Made by a program: the position numbers and the translations under genes
In this document: piece after piece, positions 1 to 8,361 of the stretch
How the letters are laid out: each line of letters opens with the position of its first letter
Numbering within the stretch: the first letter of the stretch is position 1
Notes under the pieces: generated by a model
What the model saw: only the letters and a program-made list of their open reading frames with translations
Database searches by the model: none
Told to the model about the DNA's origin: nothing
Source: Octopus sinensis
Taxonomy: Eukaryota
Assembly: GCF_006345805.1 (NCBI RefSeq)
Contig: NW_021823821.1
Location: 1-20,312, forward strand
DNA: 20,312 bases
Direction of reading: 5' to 3'

Positions 1-2
1 CA

Positions 3-250
3 GGGAAATCAAAACACCAAACGAACTTAAAAAACAGAAAAAAGAACAAATTATCTGACTGGCTGGAGAGGGCGTTGCGTGATAGATTCCCAAAGATAGT
101 TTTGGCAAATAGTAGTAGTGAGGCATGGTTATGGCTGTAGAAAGGAAAGCTGAAGAGGGAGACTGTTTGTTAGTAGCTGCATAAGATTGTCATAGCAAAA
201 TATAATTTGCAGAACAATACACGAGGCGTCTGCATGAGATTGAACATGTA
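3..250 (+). pseudogene. Decayed fragment of an R4/Dong-clade (RLE-type) non-LTR retrotransposon ORF, region just upstream of the CCHC finger
   Basis: Frame 3 reads DWLERALRDRFPKIVLANSSSEAWLWL*KGKLKRET, then after a frameshift LLVAA*D, later RLHEIEHV. This resembles the R4/Dong motifs WxxKALHGRF...SWxWLxKGxLKKETEGLLxAAQD...CRLC..ETIxH. It has in-frame stops and frameshifts. Family assignment is from recalled motifs, not a search. Confidence 0.6.
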
Positions 251-433
251 TATAGTTCTACCAATTACATTTGAAGTTAAATTTCAAAAGTCTTCGTTTT
301 GGCGCGCCAACAATACCGGAAATAATTCCGCAGAAAATAATTCTCTGCAGTGAATTTTGCCGCTTAGAAAACATATTTTAATTTAAATTTAAAATATTCA
401 GCTTTTCACCCTTAATATTTTAAATTTACTATA

Positions 434-454
434 AATATATATATATATATATAT

Positions 455-511
<57 letters not shown>

Positions 512-543
512 AGGATGGATAGATAGATAGATAGATAGATAGT

Positions 544-613
<70 letters not shown>

Positions 614-648
614 CAGAGAAACAGGCAGATAGATAGATAGATAGATAT
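434..648. repeat. (TA)n followed by long (GATA)n microsatellite
   Basis: Directly visible: tatata... to about 456, then (agat)n with few interruptions to about 648. Confidence 0.97.
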
Positions 649-671
649 GCAAATATATATTTGGTGGGCCT

Positions 672-800
672 TTTGTTCACGCTTGCCAAATCCACTCATG
701 AGTCTTTAATCGACCCGAGGAAATTCTAAAATATGCTTGCCCAATGTGCCACGCTGTAGGACTGGGCCTAAAACCATATGTGGTCGGGAAGAAAACAGCC
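672..800 (-). mobile_element. Degenerate 5' half of SINE family 1
   Basis: aaatccactcatgag...cgacccgagg...cttgcccaatgtgccacgctgtaggactg...aaccatatgtgg resembles the reverse-strand 5' half of the intact copies (e.g. 10150-10297). Confidence 0.6.
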
Positions 801-1203
801 ACACTTGTGCTTATTGTGTATATCCTTTTAATGTTTATCAAATTACATGGAATATTGGTTTTACCATTTGATATTTTGCAGTTAAATCATACATGTTGTA
901 CGTTGTTAGGATGTAACAGTTTGATCTTCTCTTGGAACACTGAGAATACATTGACAGCGAGAAGGGTCAAATTGTCGCTACTAATCGACCAAATGCTATT
1001 ACATACATCAAATATTGACTGCTTTAAATATTTACTTTTAAATCTTGTTGCCAGCGTTTGCTTAAATTTCCTAAGAGATACATATTTAAGTCTTCTTTTA
1101 AGGAAATAGACTCATTGATCTCTAGCAAACAGATGGCTTTTTTTCTTTTCCATTTTAACCGGCTGTTGTTGTATCCTGCAAGTATTGAGCCTACCAAAAG
1201 TAT

Positions 1204-1530
1204 TACAATTCTAAGCATATTTTATTAAATACTTTCGCAAGACCACGGGTGAGTTTCTGGATGTGATATGTTGATCGACTTACTAGAAATAGCAAATATA
1301 TCTTACTAGAAATAGCAAATATCCTAAATAAACAATCTACCATTCTTAAAAGAAAACTTAAAATTAAGCAAGTACAATTCTAAATATAATTTCACGAAAT
1401 ACTTTCGCAAGACAACGGATGAGTTTCTCAATGTGGTCCGTTGACCGACTTACTTGAAACAGTAGCTAGATATCCTAAATAAACCCCATCCCTGCATCAT
1501 TCTTTAAAAAACACCATTAAAATTAAAACA
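1204..1530. repeat. Diverged tandem duplication, unit about 169 bp, unclassified repeat
   Basis: tacaattctaa...aaatactttcgcaagac.acgg.tgagtttct...ttga.cgacttact.gaaa...atatcctaaataaac starts at 1204 and again at 1373. There is an internal 21-bp duplication (cttactagaaatagcaaatat at 1279-1299 and 1302-1322). Confidence 0.85.
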
Positions 1531-1712
1531 AATTTATTTTTACTTCTTGGTAGTATTTAGTTCAATTTTGCCTTTGACATACTTTGTTTGTCCACATTGT
1601 TCCAGAGACGGTTGTGAGAAAAGGAAGAAAGTAGGTGTTTGTTTTCAAATCAAAATCCTGGCTCAAATTTTAGCAGCAGATAAGCTCGTCTCAGATCAAA
1701 TAAATATAGTAA

Positions 1713-1970
1713 CATTTGACTGCGACCGGGCTGGAGCAACGCCTTTAGTCGAGCAAATCGACCCCGGGACTTATTCTTTGTAAGCCTAGTACTTATTCTT
1801 TCTATCTATTTTGCCGAACTGCTAAGTGGCGGGGACATAAACACACCTGCATCGGTTGTCAAGCAATGCTAGGGGGATTCCACGCAGGGGGATTCCAAGA
1901 TTCCACGCAGTGGGACTGAACCCGAAATCACGTGGTTGGTAAGCAAGCTGCTTACCACACAGACACTCCT
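1713..1970 (-). mobile_element. SINE family 1, internally deleted copy
   Basis: The 3' part (catttgactgcg...gcaatgctaggggg) is joined to the head part (ccacgcagtgggactgaaccc...cttaccacacagacactcctgc). The middle is missing and replaced by a short rearranged insert. Confidence 0.85.
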
Positions 1971-2008
1971 GCTTTTCTTTTCTGCTTTTTTTTTGTCGAT
2001 GTGTGCGT

Positions 2009-2141
2009 GGCCCGCTGGCAGAATCGTTAACACACCGGGCAAAATACACAACTGCATTTCATCCATCTTTACGTTCTGAGTTCAAAGGTTGTCGGGGTCG
2101 ACTTGTCCTTTCATCATTTAGACGTCGGTAAAATAAGTACC
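2009..2141 (+). mobile_element. SINE family 2, degenerate 5' portion
   Basis: gctggcagaatcgttaacacaccgggcaaaat...ttacgttctgagttcaaa...ggtcgactt...aaataagtacc matches the intact copies at 7694 and 14915. Confidence 0.75.
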
Positions 2142-2179
2142 CGCTGAGCACTATGCCGAGGCACCTCTTTGAAGGGCTT

Positions 2180-2278
2180 AGTCAAAGAAATCGACCCCAG
2201 TACGAATTCTTCAGACCTGGTACTTATTATATCGATATCTCTTTGTCGAACCGCTAGCTTACAGAGACGACGTAAACG
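2180..2278 (-). mobile_element. SINE family 1, 3' fragment
   Basis: gaaatcgaccccagtac...tggtacttattatatcgatatctctttgtcgaaccgctag...gacgtaaac. Confidence 0.6.
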
Positions 2279-2301
2279 AATCACACAGCAGTACGAATCA
2301 C

Positions 2302-2715
2302 AGGCGCAGGAGTGGCTGTGTGGTAAGTAGCTTGCTAACCAACCACATGGTTCTGGGTTCAGTCCCACTGCGTGGCATCTTGGGCAAGTGTCTTCTGCTA
2401 TAGCCTCGGGCCGACCAAAGCCTTGTGAGTGGATTTGGTAGACGGAAACTGAAAAAAGCCCGTCGTATATATGTATATATATATGCGTGTGTGTGTTTGT
2501 GTGTCTGTATTTGTCCCCCCCCCCCAACATCGCTTGACAACCGATACTGGTGTGTTTACGTCCCCGTCACTTAGCGGTTCGGCAAAAGAGACCGATAGAA
2601 TAAATACTGGGCTTACAAAGAATAAGTCTCGGGGTCGATTTGCTCGATTAAAGGCGGTGCTCCAGCATGGCCGCAGTCAAATGACTGAAACAAGTAAAAG
2701 AGTAAAGAGAAAGAG
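2302..2715 (+). mobile_element. SINE family 1, full length (tRNA-derived head, internal TA/TG microsatellite, (AAAGAGT)-like tail)
   Basis: A-box-like TGGCTGTGTGG and B-box-like GGTTCAGTCCC. The body recurs at 4623, 9897, 12402, 12941 and 18689. Confidence 0.9.
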
Positions 2716-2999
2716 TGCCTCATAAACTTTGCTTGAATAAAAGACTAGAAAGCCACAGACTAAATGTTTCATCATTGGTCCGCTCATTAAGAGGTGTCTT
2801 TGGCTTAAACAACTGAAGCTGATTTGTGCGATGACATACAAAACAACCTTCTCATGTTTTATTCACTTATATTATTGAATCTTATTGATTTTACACCTAA
2901 TCATTCGAAATTTTTTTTTTTTAATATAAAAAAAAGACAAGTTCCAGTATTAGAAATACAGAAATCATGAGTTTAAACATTCTTATCGGCACTCTTTAC

Positions 3000-3028
3000 T
3001 TCTCCCTTTCTCTCTGTCTGTCTGCTCT

Positions 3029-3073
<45 letters not shown>

Positions 3074-3098
3074 ATACATATATATATATATATATATA
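3000..3098. repeat. (CT)n plus (TA)n microsatellite
   Basis: Directly visible. Confidence 0.95.
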
Positions 3099-3302
3099 GT
3101 TAATCCAAACAAGAAAACAGAAAAAAAACACAGCAACGCGAGGACGTGGAACAATTAAAGTAATATTTGACGCTCAAGAAGAATGGAAGGAGGGTTTAAC
3201 GTTTCGAGCGGAGCTCTTCGTCGGAAACAAGGAGAAGAAAATCCCCGAGAAGGAAGACAGAGGAAAAAAATATTTTTGCTGGTGGTGCTCAAGAGATCAC
3301 AT
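3099..3302 (-). mobile_element. Hammerhead-bearing ~205-bp repeat, copy A (candidate Penelope-like pseudo-LTR or retrozyme-like element)
   Basis: gttaatccaaac...gatcacat is homologous to 3344-3552, 4832-5039 and 14304-14483, and is preceded by (TA)n. The repeat itself is certain. The Penelope assignment is inferred from the hammerhead motif. Confidence 0.7.
3194..3228 (-). ncRNA. Minimal type I hammerhead ribozyme-like motif (U4C variant)
   Basis: Minus strand: GUUU CCGACGA A GAGC ucc GCUC GAAAC GUU AAAC. Helix I GUUU/AAAC, helix II GAGC/GCUC, palindromic AACGUU helix III. Confidence 0.6.
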
Positions 3303-3343
3303 GTTGATGTGTGCGTATTTGTATATATATATATATATATAAA

Positions 3344-3552
3344 GTTAATCCAAACATGAAAACACAAAGAGAAAACACAACAACGCGAGGACGTGGAACA
3401 AATATAGTATTATTGGACGCTCAGGAAGGAATGGAAGAAGGAGGCTTTTACGTTTCGAGCGGAGCTCTTCGTTAGAAACATAGGAAAAGGAAAGATCCAA
3501 AGAAGGGAAGACGGAGGGAAAAAAATCGCCAACGGTACACACGCGGTCACAT
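3344..3552 (-). mobile_element. Hammerhead-bearing repeat, copy B (tandem with copy A)
   Basis: gttaatccaaac...gcggtcacat, separated from copy A by 41 bp containing (TA)n. Confidence 0.7.
3445..3479 (-). ncRNA. Hammerhead-like motif (G5A variant, GUA triplet)
   Basis: Minus strand: GUUU CUAACGA A GAGC ucc GCUC GAAAC GUA AAAG. Confidence 0.5.
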
Positions 3553-3807
3553 ATTTCGTTTTTGTATTTGGTTTGTAAGATTCTTTATGTGAGTTCGTGT
3601 GTTGAAGCATATACTGTTGTGTCGGGAGAGTCATTTTCTTTTTGTGCATTATAATGTAACACACTCACCGGTAAAATTTCCACTTATTTCTTATTTTTAT
3701 TTTCCTAAAACTTTTGTTGCGTCTTGCAACCTTTTCAATAGTCTTGACTCTCAGTCAAGACTCTCCCCAGACACAACAGTATATAGAGGAGATAGATAGA
3801 TGTGAAA

Positions 3808-3850
3808 TTATTATTATTATTATTGTTGTTGTTGTTGTTGTTGTTGTTTT
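3808..3850. repeat. (TTA)n/(TTG)n microsatellite
   Basis: Directly visible. Confidence 0.9.
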
Positions 3851-3853
3851 TAT

Positions 3854-4068
3854 AAGGCGGTGAACTGACAGCATTGTTAGCATGCCGGACAAAATGTTTA
3901 GCGGCACTTCGTCCGTCTTTACGTTCTGAGCTCAAATTCCACCGAGGTCGATTTTGTCTTTCATCCATTCGGGGTTGATAAAATTAAGTACCAGTTGTGT
4001 ACTGGAGTCGATGTAATCGTTTCGGCCCTTCCTTCAAAATTGCTGGTCTTATGGCAAAAGTTTGAAAC

Positions 4069-4123
<55 letters not shown>
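3854..4123 (+). mobile_element. SINE family 2 with (TTA)n tail
   Basis: aaggcggtgaactgacagcattgttagcatgccgg...ttctgagctcaaattccaccgaggtcga...tttgaaacc followed by (att)n to about 4123. Confidence 0.8.
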
Positions 4124-4125
<2 letters not shown>

Positions 4126-4250
4126 GGCGACGAGCTGGCAGAATTAAGTACCAGATAACTTAAGTACCAGTTAAACTTTGGGGTCGACATATTCGACTAG
4201 TCACCTCCCTACAAAATTTCAGGCGTTCTGCATGTGGTAGAATGGATTAT
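4124..4250 (+). mobile_element. SINE family 2, internally deleted copy
   Basis: The head aaggcgacgagctggcagaa joins directly to ttaagtaccag of the 3' half. Ends gtagaatggattatt. Confidence 0.75.
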
Positions 4251-4252
4251 TA

Positions 4253-4473
4253 AAGGCGGCGAGATTCGTTAGCACACAGGGAAAAAATCTTAGCGGAATT
4301 TCGTCCGCACTTACGTTCTGAGTTCAAATCCCGCCGTGGTTGACTTTGCATTTCATCCTTACGGGTCCGATGAAATAAGTGCTCGTTACGCACAGGGGTT
4401 CGATGTAATCGATTAGCCCCCTCCCCATCCCAAATTGCTGGCGATGCGCCTATAGTAAAAAGCATTATCATCA

Positions 4474-4506
<33 letters not shown>
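4253..4506 (+). mobile_element. SINE family 2 with (TCA/TTA)n tail
   Basis: aaggcggcgagattcgttagcac...ttctgagttcaaatcccgccg...gcgcctatagtaaaaagc, then a trinucleotide tail. Confidence 0.8.
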
Positions 4507-4507
<1 letters not shown>

Positions 4508-4788
4508 GAATCCCCAGATACTACACAGGGACTCATAAGTTGAGATGTTCTCTTCAATGACACTTGTAAAAGTGTTTTCTTAAACCAAGTCTACAAACAC
4601 CTATATAAATATATATACACATAGGTGCAGGAAGGCCTGTGTGGTAAGTAGCTTACTTACCAAGCACATGTTTCTGGGTTCAGTCCCACTGCATGGCATC
4701 TTGAGCAAGTGTTTTGTAATACAACCTCGGGCTAACTAAAGCCTTGGGAGTGGATTTGGTAGACGGAAACTGAAAGAAGCCTGTCATA

Positions 4789-4831
<43 letters not shown>

Positions 4832-4835
<4 letters not shown>

Positions 4836-5039
4836 CCAAACAAGAAAACACAAAAAACAAAAAACACAGCAATGCGAGGACGTGGAACAATAAAGTATTA
4901 TTGGACGCCAGGAAAGAAGGAAGAAGGAGGGTTTAACGTTTCGAGCGGAGCTCTTCGTCGGAAACATAGGAGAAGGAAAGATCCCGAGAAGGGAAGACAG
5001 AGGAAAAAAAAATCGCCAGCGGTACTCACGAGGTCACAT
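4832..5039 (-). mobile_element. Hammerhead-bearing repeat, copy C, flanked by (TA)n on both sides
   Basis: taatccaaacaag...gaggtcacat with (TA)n at 4791-4831 and 5040-5057. Confidence 0.75.
4931..4965 (-). ncRNA. Minimal type I hammerhead-like motif (U4C variant), identical to copy A motif
   Basis: Minus strand: GUUU CCGACGA A GAGC ucc GCUC GAAAC GUU AAAC. Confidence 0.6.
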
Positions 5040-5607
5040 ATATATATATATATATATAAGTATGTAAGTATGTGTGTATATATGTTTGTGTTTCTGTGTC
5101 TGTTCCCCAAGATCGCTTGAGAACCGATGCTGGCGTGTTTACGTCCCCGTAACTCAGCGGTTCGGCAAAAGAGACCGATAGGATAAGTACTAGGCTTCCA
5201 AAGAATAAGTCCTGGAGTCAATTTGCTCGACTAAAGAGGGTGCCCCAGCATGGATGCAGTCGAACGACTGAAACAGAAGAATAAAAGTATAAAATAATAT
5301 GTATGTGTGTATGCGTGCGTAAGTGTACATAGATATATTCATTGTTAAAATTGATTGTACAATTTGAACATTTTTCTTAGAGACAATTTAATTCTATACT
5401 TATAGTTGTTTGTCTTCTTGTATTCAAAATTACACTATATACTGTCTATTGTTTCTTTTTTAATGATAATTCATGAAAAAACTATACCGTGAACTTTATC
5501 GCTTTTCTTGTTATTTTCTGTTGTATTGTGAAATTTTAAATTTAACATTTCTAAATGGATTTACTCTGTCTTCTTAAGTTTTAATCGACAATAAGATACT
5601 ATCATTC

Positions 5608-6138
5608 ATAACGGCAGACGAAATACTGCTAAGTATTTCGCCCAGCGAGCTAACGTTTCTGCCAGCTCGCCACCATACGTAGCGGCAGACGAAATACCAC
5701 TAAGCATTTCGCCCGGCGTGCTAACGTTTCTTATTTCTTTATTGACCAAAAGGGGCTAAACATAGAGGAGACAAACATGGACAGACAAATAGATTAAGTC
5801 GGTTACATCGACCACAGTGCGTAACTGGTACTTAATTTATCGACCCCGAAAGAATGAAAGGCAAAGTCGACCTCGGCGGAATTTGAACTCAGAACGTTGA
5901 AGCAGACGAAATACCTATTTCTTTATTACCCACAAGGGACTAAACAGAGGGAACAAACAAGGACAGACATAGGTATTAAGTCGGTTACATCGACCACAGT
6001 GCGCAACCGGTACTTAATTTATCGACCCCGAAAGGATGAAAGGCAAAGTCGACTTCGGCGGAATTTGAACTCAGAACGTAGCGGCAGACGAAATACCGCT
6101 AAGCATTTCGCCCGGCGCGCTAACGTTTCTGCCAGCTC
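5608..6138 (-). mobile_element. Cluster of SINE family 2 units in tandem: two bodies (5731-5915, 5916-6138) and two head fragments (5608-5674, 5678-5730)
   Basis: Repeated ttatttctttatt...gtcgacctcggcggaatttgaactcagaacg...gcagacgaaatacc with a 185-bp period. Repeated gaaatac..taagcatttcgccc.gcg.gctaacgtttc. Confidence 0.9.
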
Positions 6139-6139
6139 A

Positions 6140-6242
6140 AACAGACAGACAGAGCAGCAAAGACAGAAAGACAGAGACCGAGACACATACAGACAGGCAG
6201 GCAGACAAACAGACAGGTAGGTAGGTAGGTGGGTAGGTAAGT
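6140..6242. repeat. (CAGA)n/(GGTA)n-type degenerate tetranucleotide repeat
   Basis: Directly visible. Confidence 0.8.
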
Positions 6243-6617
6243 AGAAATTTTATAAGGTAAAGCAGAAATTTTAATGAATCAAAATTAATAGGATAATGCT
6301 TTTACTCCGGCACTTTATTTCTGTTATCGCTCCTCCTCTTTCTATATGGAATTCTAAATCCTGATTAAATTTAATCTTGGAAACTATTTTAATTGCGTCT
6401 TTACGACAAAGCCTGCCCCAGTTTTCATTGTGATGCATGGAAATTAGATTGAAAAAAATCCTAATTTGTTATAAGTATTCATAAAACCATCTGATATGGT
6501 GAAATCAGTATTCCTTGTGATTAAGCAAATCACATTTTGCCGCCCTCTACACAAAGTGAAAAATTCTTTCTATAGTTTCGGTTATGAACATCAACAGCTA
6601 AGATGGGAAGTATTCGT

Positions 6618-6876
6618 TTTATTTACATTATTTACATTACTTACATTTGACGGATATTTGTCCTCATCTTGTTTGTTGTTAACTCAATGTTTCGGCTGAT
6701 ATACACTCCAGCCTTCATCAGGGGTCCTGGGGAATTTTCGAACCTGGGTTCTCATTCCTATGATATTTTTCGATGTCATTATTATTATTATTATTATCAT
6801 TCAGGCCACGTCCTGGAATCGAACTCGGAATCTTGGGGTTAGTAGCCTGCACTCTTAACCACTACGCCATATGCCC
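6618..6876 (-). mobile_element. tRNA-headed SINE-like element with (TAA)n linker and hammerhead-like tail, copy 1
   Basis: Minus strand: GGGCATA TGGCGTAGTGG (A box)...GAGTTCGATTCC (B box)...(TAA)n...catcgaaaaat...CTGATGAAGGCTG..CAGCCGAAAC...(ATGTAAATA)-like tail. Confidence 0.8.
6681..6727 (-). ncRNA. Hammerhead-like motif with intact core and helix II, decayed helices I and III
   Basis: Minus strand: ggaccc CUGAUGA A GGCUG gaguguauau CAGCC GAAAC AUU gaguu. Confidence 0.55.
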
Positions 6877-6990
6877 GTTGACAGACGAGCTAGTTTTTGA
6901 TGGAGTTTCTCTATATGTCTCCATTGGAGTCCAATGTCGGCTCCCTACTGATTAGGTAATACAGTTCTATATTTAAGAGATGAAGAATTA

Positions 6991-7134
6991 TGTACATTAT
7001 TTTCAATTGGAGGATATTTGTCCTCATCTTGTTTGTTGTTTCTACCATCCCGCCTTCATCAAGTGTTTTGGGTAAATTTCGAACTACCTGGGTGCCCATT
7101 TCTCAGGAATTTATCGATGTTGTTGTTGTTGTTA

Positions 7135-7194
<60 letters not shown>

Positions 7195-7264
7195 TCACTG
7201 CCCGGAATCGAACTCGGAATCTTGGGGTTAGTAGTCCGCGCGCTTAACCACTACGCCATATGCC
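6991..7264 (-). mobile_element. tRNA-headed SINE-like element with (TAA)n linker, copy 2; hammerhead region partly deleted
   Basis: Same head (ggcatatggcgtagtggttaag...gagttcgattcc) and a longer (TAA/CAA)n. Tail aaaacac ttgatga aggc...gaaacaacaaacaagatgaggacaaatatcc. Confidence 0.8.
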
Positions 7265-7429
7265 AGTTGCGTGCTGGGGTCGATCTAATTGACTGGCACC
7301 TCCCCCACCCATACAGTCGTATGTTGAAGATATTTACCTGTAATTATATCAGTTGAAGTTACGATATTATATCCCACCAGGATAGACTGTGCTTTCCTTT
7401 ATTCGAGATCGATAAAATAATTACAAATT

Positions 7430-7555
7430 GAATAAGTACCAGGCCTAAAAATATAAGTATACGGATCAAATAAGTCGAATAAAATTTCAAGGTGGCGCCC
7501 CAGTATGGCCGCAGTCAAATGACTGAAAGAAGTAGAGGAATAAAATAGTAAAAGA
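7430..7555 (+). mobile_element. SINE family 1, 3' fragment
   Basis: aataagtaccaggc...ggtggcgccccagtatggccgcagtcaaatgactgaaagaagtagag. Confidence 0.7.
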
Positions 7556-7693
7556 GTACATTTAGTTTGGGATAATCTGTCAAACCTTTCCCTTAAAACA
7601 TCTGACTCTACGTCTCTTTTATGATATCAAAGGAGATACGTGAATGTCTAATACTTTGGTCTCGTTACTCATATTCTTAATTCTTGTCCTTAA

Positions 7694-7958
7694 GGCGGCG
7701 AGCTGGCAGAAACGTTAGCACGCCGTGGGAAATACTAAGCAGTAATTCGTCTGTCGCTACGTCCTGAGTTCAAATTCCGCCGAGGTCGACTTTGCCTTTC
7801 ATCCTTTCGGGGTCGATTAAATAAGTACCAGTTACGCACTGGGCCTATATAATCGACTTAATCTGTTTGTCTGTCCTTGTTTGTCCTCTCTATGTTTAGC
7901 CCCTTGTGGGTAGTAAAGAAATAGGTATTTCGTTTGCCTTGTGCCTAGATTAGAAAAG
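7694..7958 (+). mobile_element. SINE family 2 with 15-bp target-site duplication
   Basis: aattcttgtccttaa at 7679-7693 and 7959-7973. Head ggcggcgagctggcagaaacgttagc, B-box-like gagttcaaattcc. Confidence 0.93.
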
Positions 7959-8361
7959 AATTCTTGTCCTTAATAACTGTAAAGTGTAAAGTGAAAATGT
8001 TTGTGGATTCATATGTTGTGGGGATTACTGATTGCTTGTTTTTTGGGGGCTTTTTTTTTTTCATTAGTAACCTAATTAAGCTTGGGCACGGCTTAGATAT
8101 CGATGTCTAGTTTCGGGAGATTCTGACGATAACCAATCCAATTCTATTTACAGACATAGGATAACTAAGAACGACTTATGATAGAACGTTGTACGATAGA
8201 ACCAATGGAGCTACAAAGAAAATATGGTATGATATTTGGTTGTTTCTATTTTCGGTCAGCTTTTAAATCTCTTCGTGGTTTAAAATTTAGTTTTCTTCCT
8301 TCTGTGATTGATCAATATAAGTATCAGTGATATTGTAGGAAAGGAAAATATAACTTCAATA

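Larger units (their letters stand above)
4623..5290 (+). mobile_element. SINE family 1 interrupted in its internal (TA)n tract by hammerhead repeat copy C
   Basis: 5' half 4623-4790 and 3' half 5060-5290 are collinear with the uninterrupted copy at 2302-2715. Confidence 0.88.

Noticed and set aside
744-1109. 121-aa ORF
   Set aside because: It begins within a degenerate SINE and has no recognisable domain or other support.
3740-3762. Hairpin considered as a further hammerhead or a terminator
   Set aside because: The minus strand reads CUGAGAG rather than CUGANGA with no GAAA after the stem. There is no U-tract or prokaryotic context for a terminator.
5608-6138. Repeat-spacer-like pattern
   Set aside because: The units are SINE bodies and heads, not short identical repeats with unique spacers. 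There are no cas genes and the context is eukaryotic.
6801-6876. Possible tRNA gene (A and B boxes, CTACTAA loop)
   Set aside because: The acceptor and anticodon stems do not pair properly, and the sequence is the head of a repeated composite element. The same reasoning applies to the other SINE heads.
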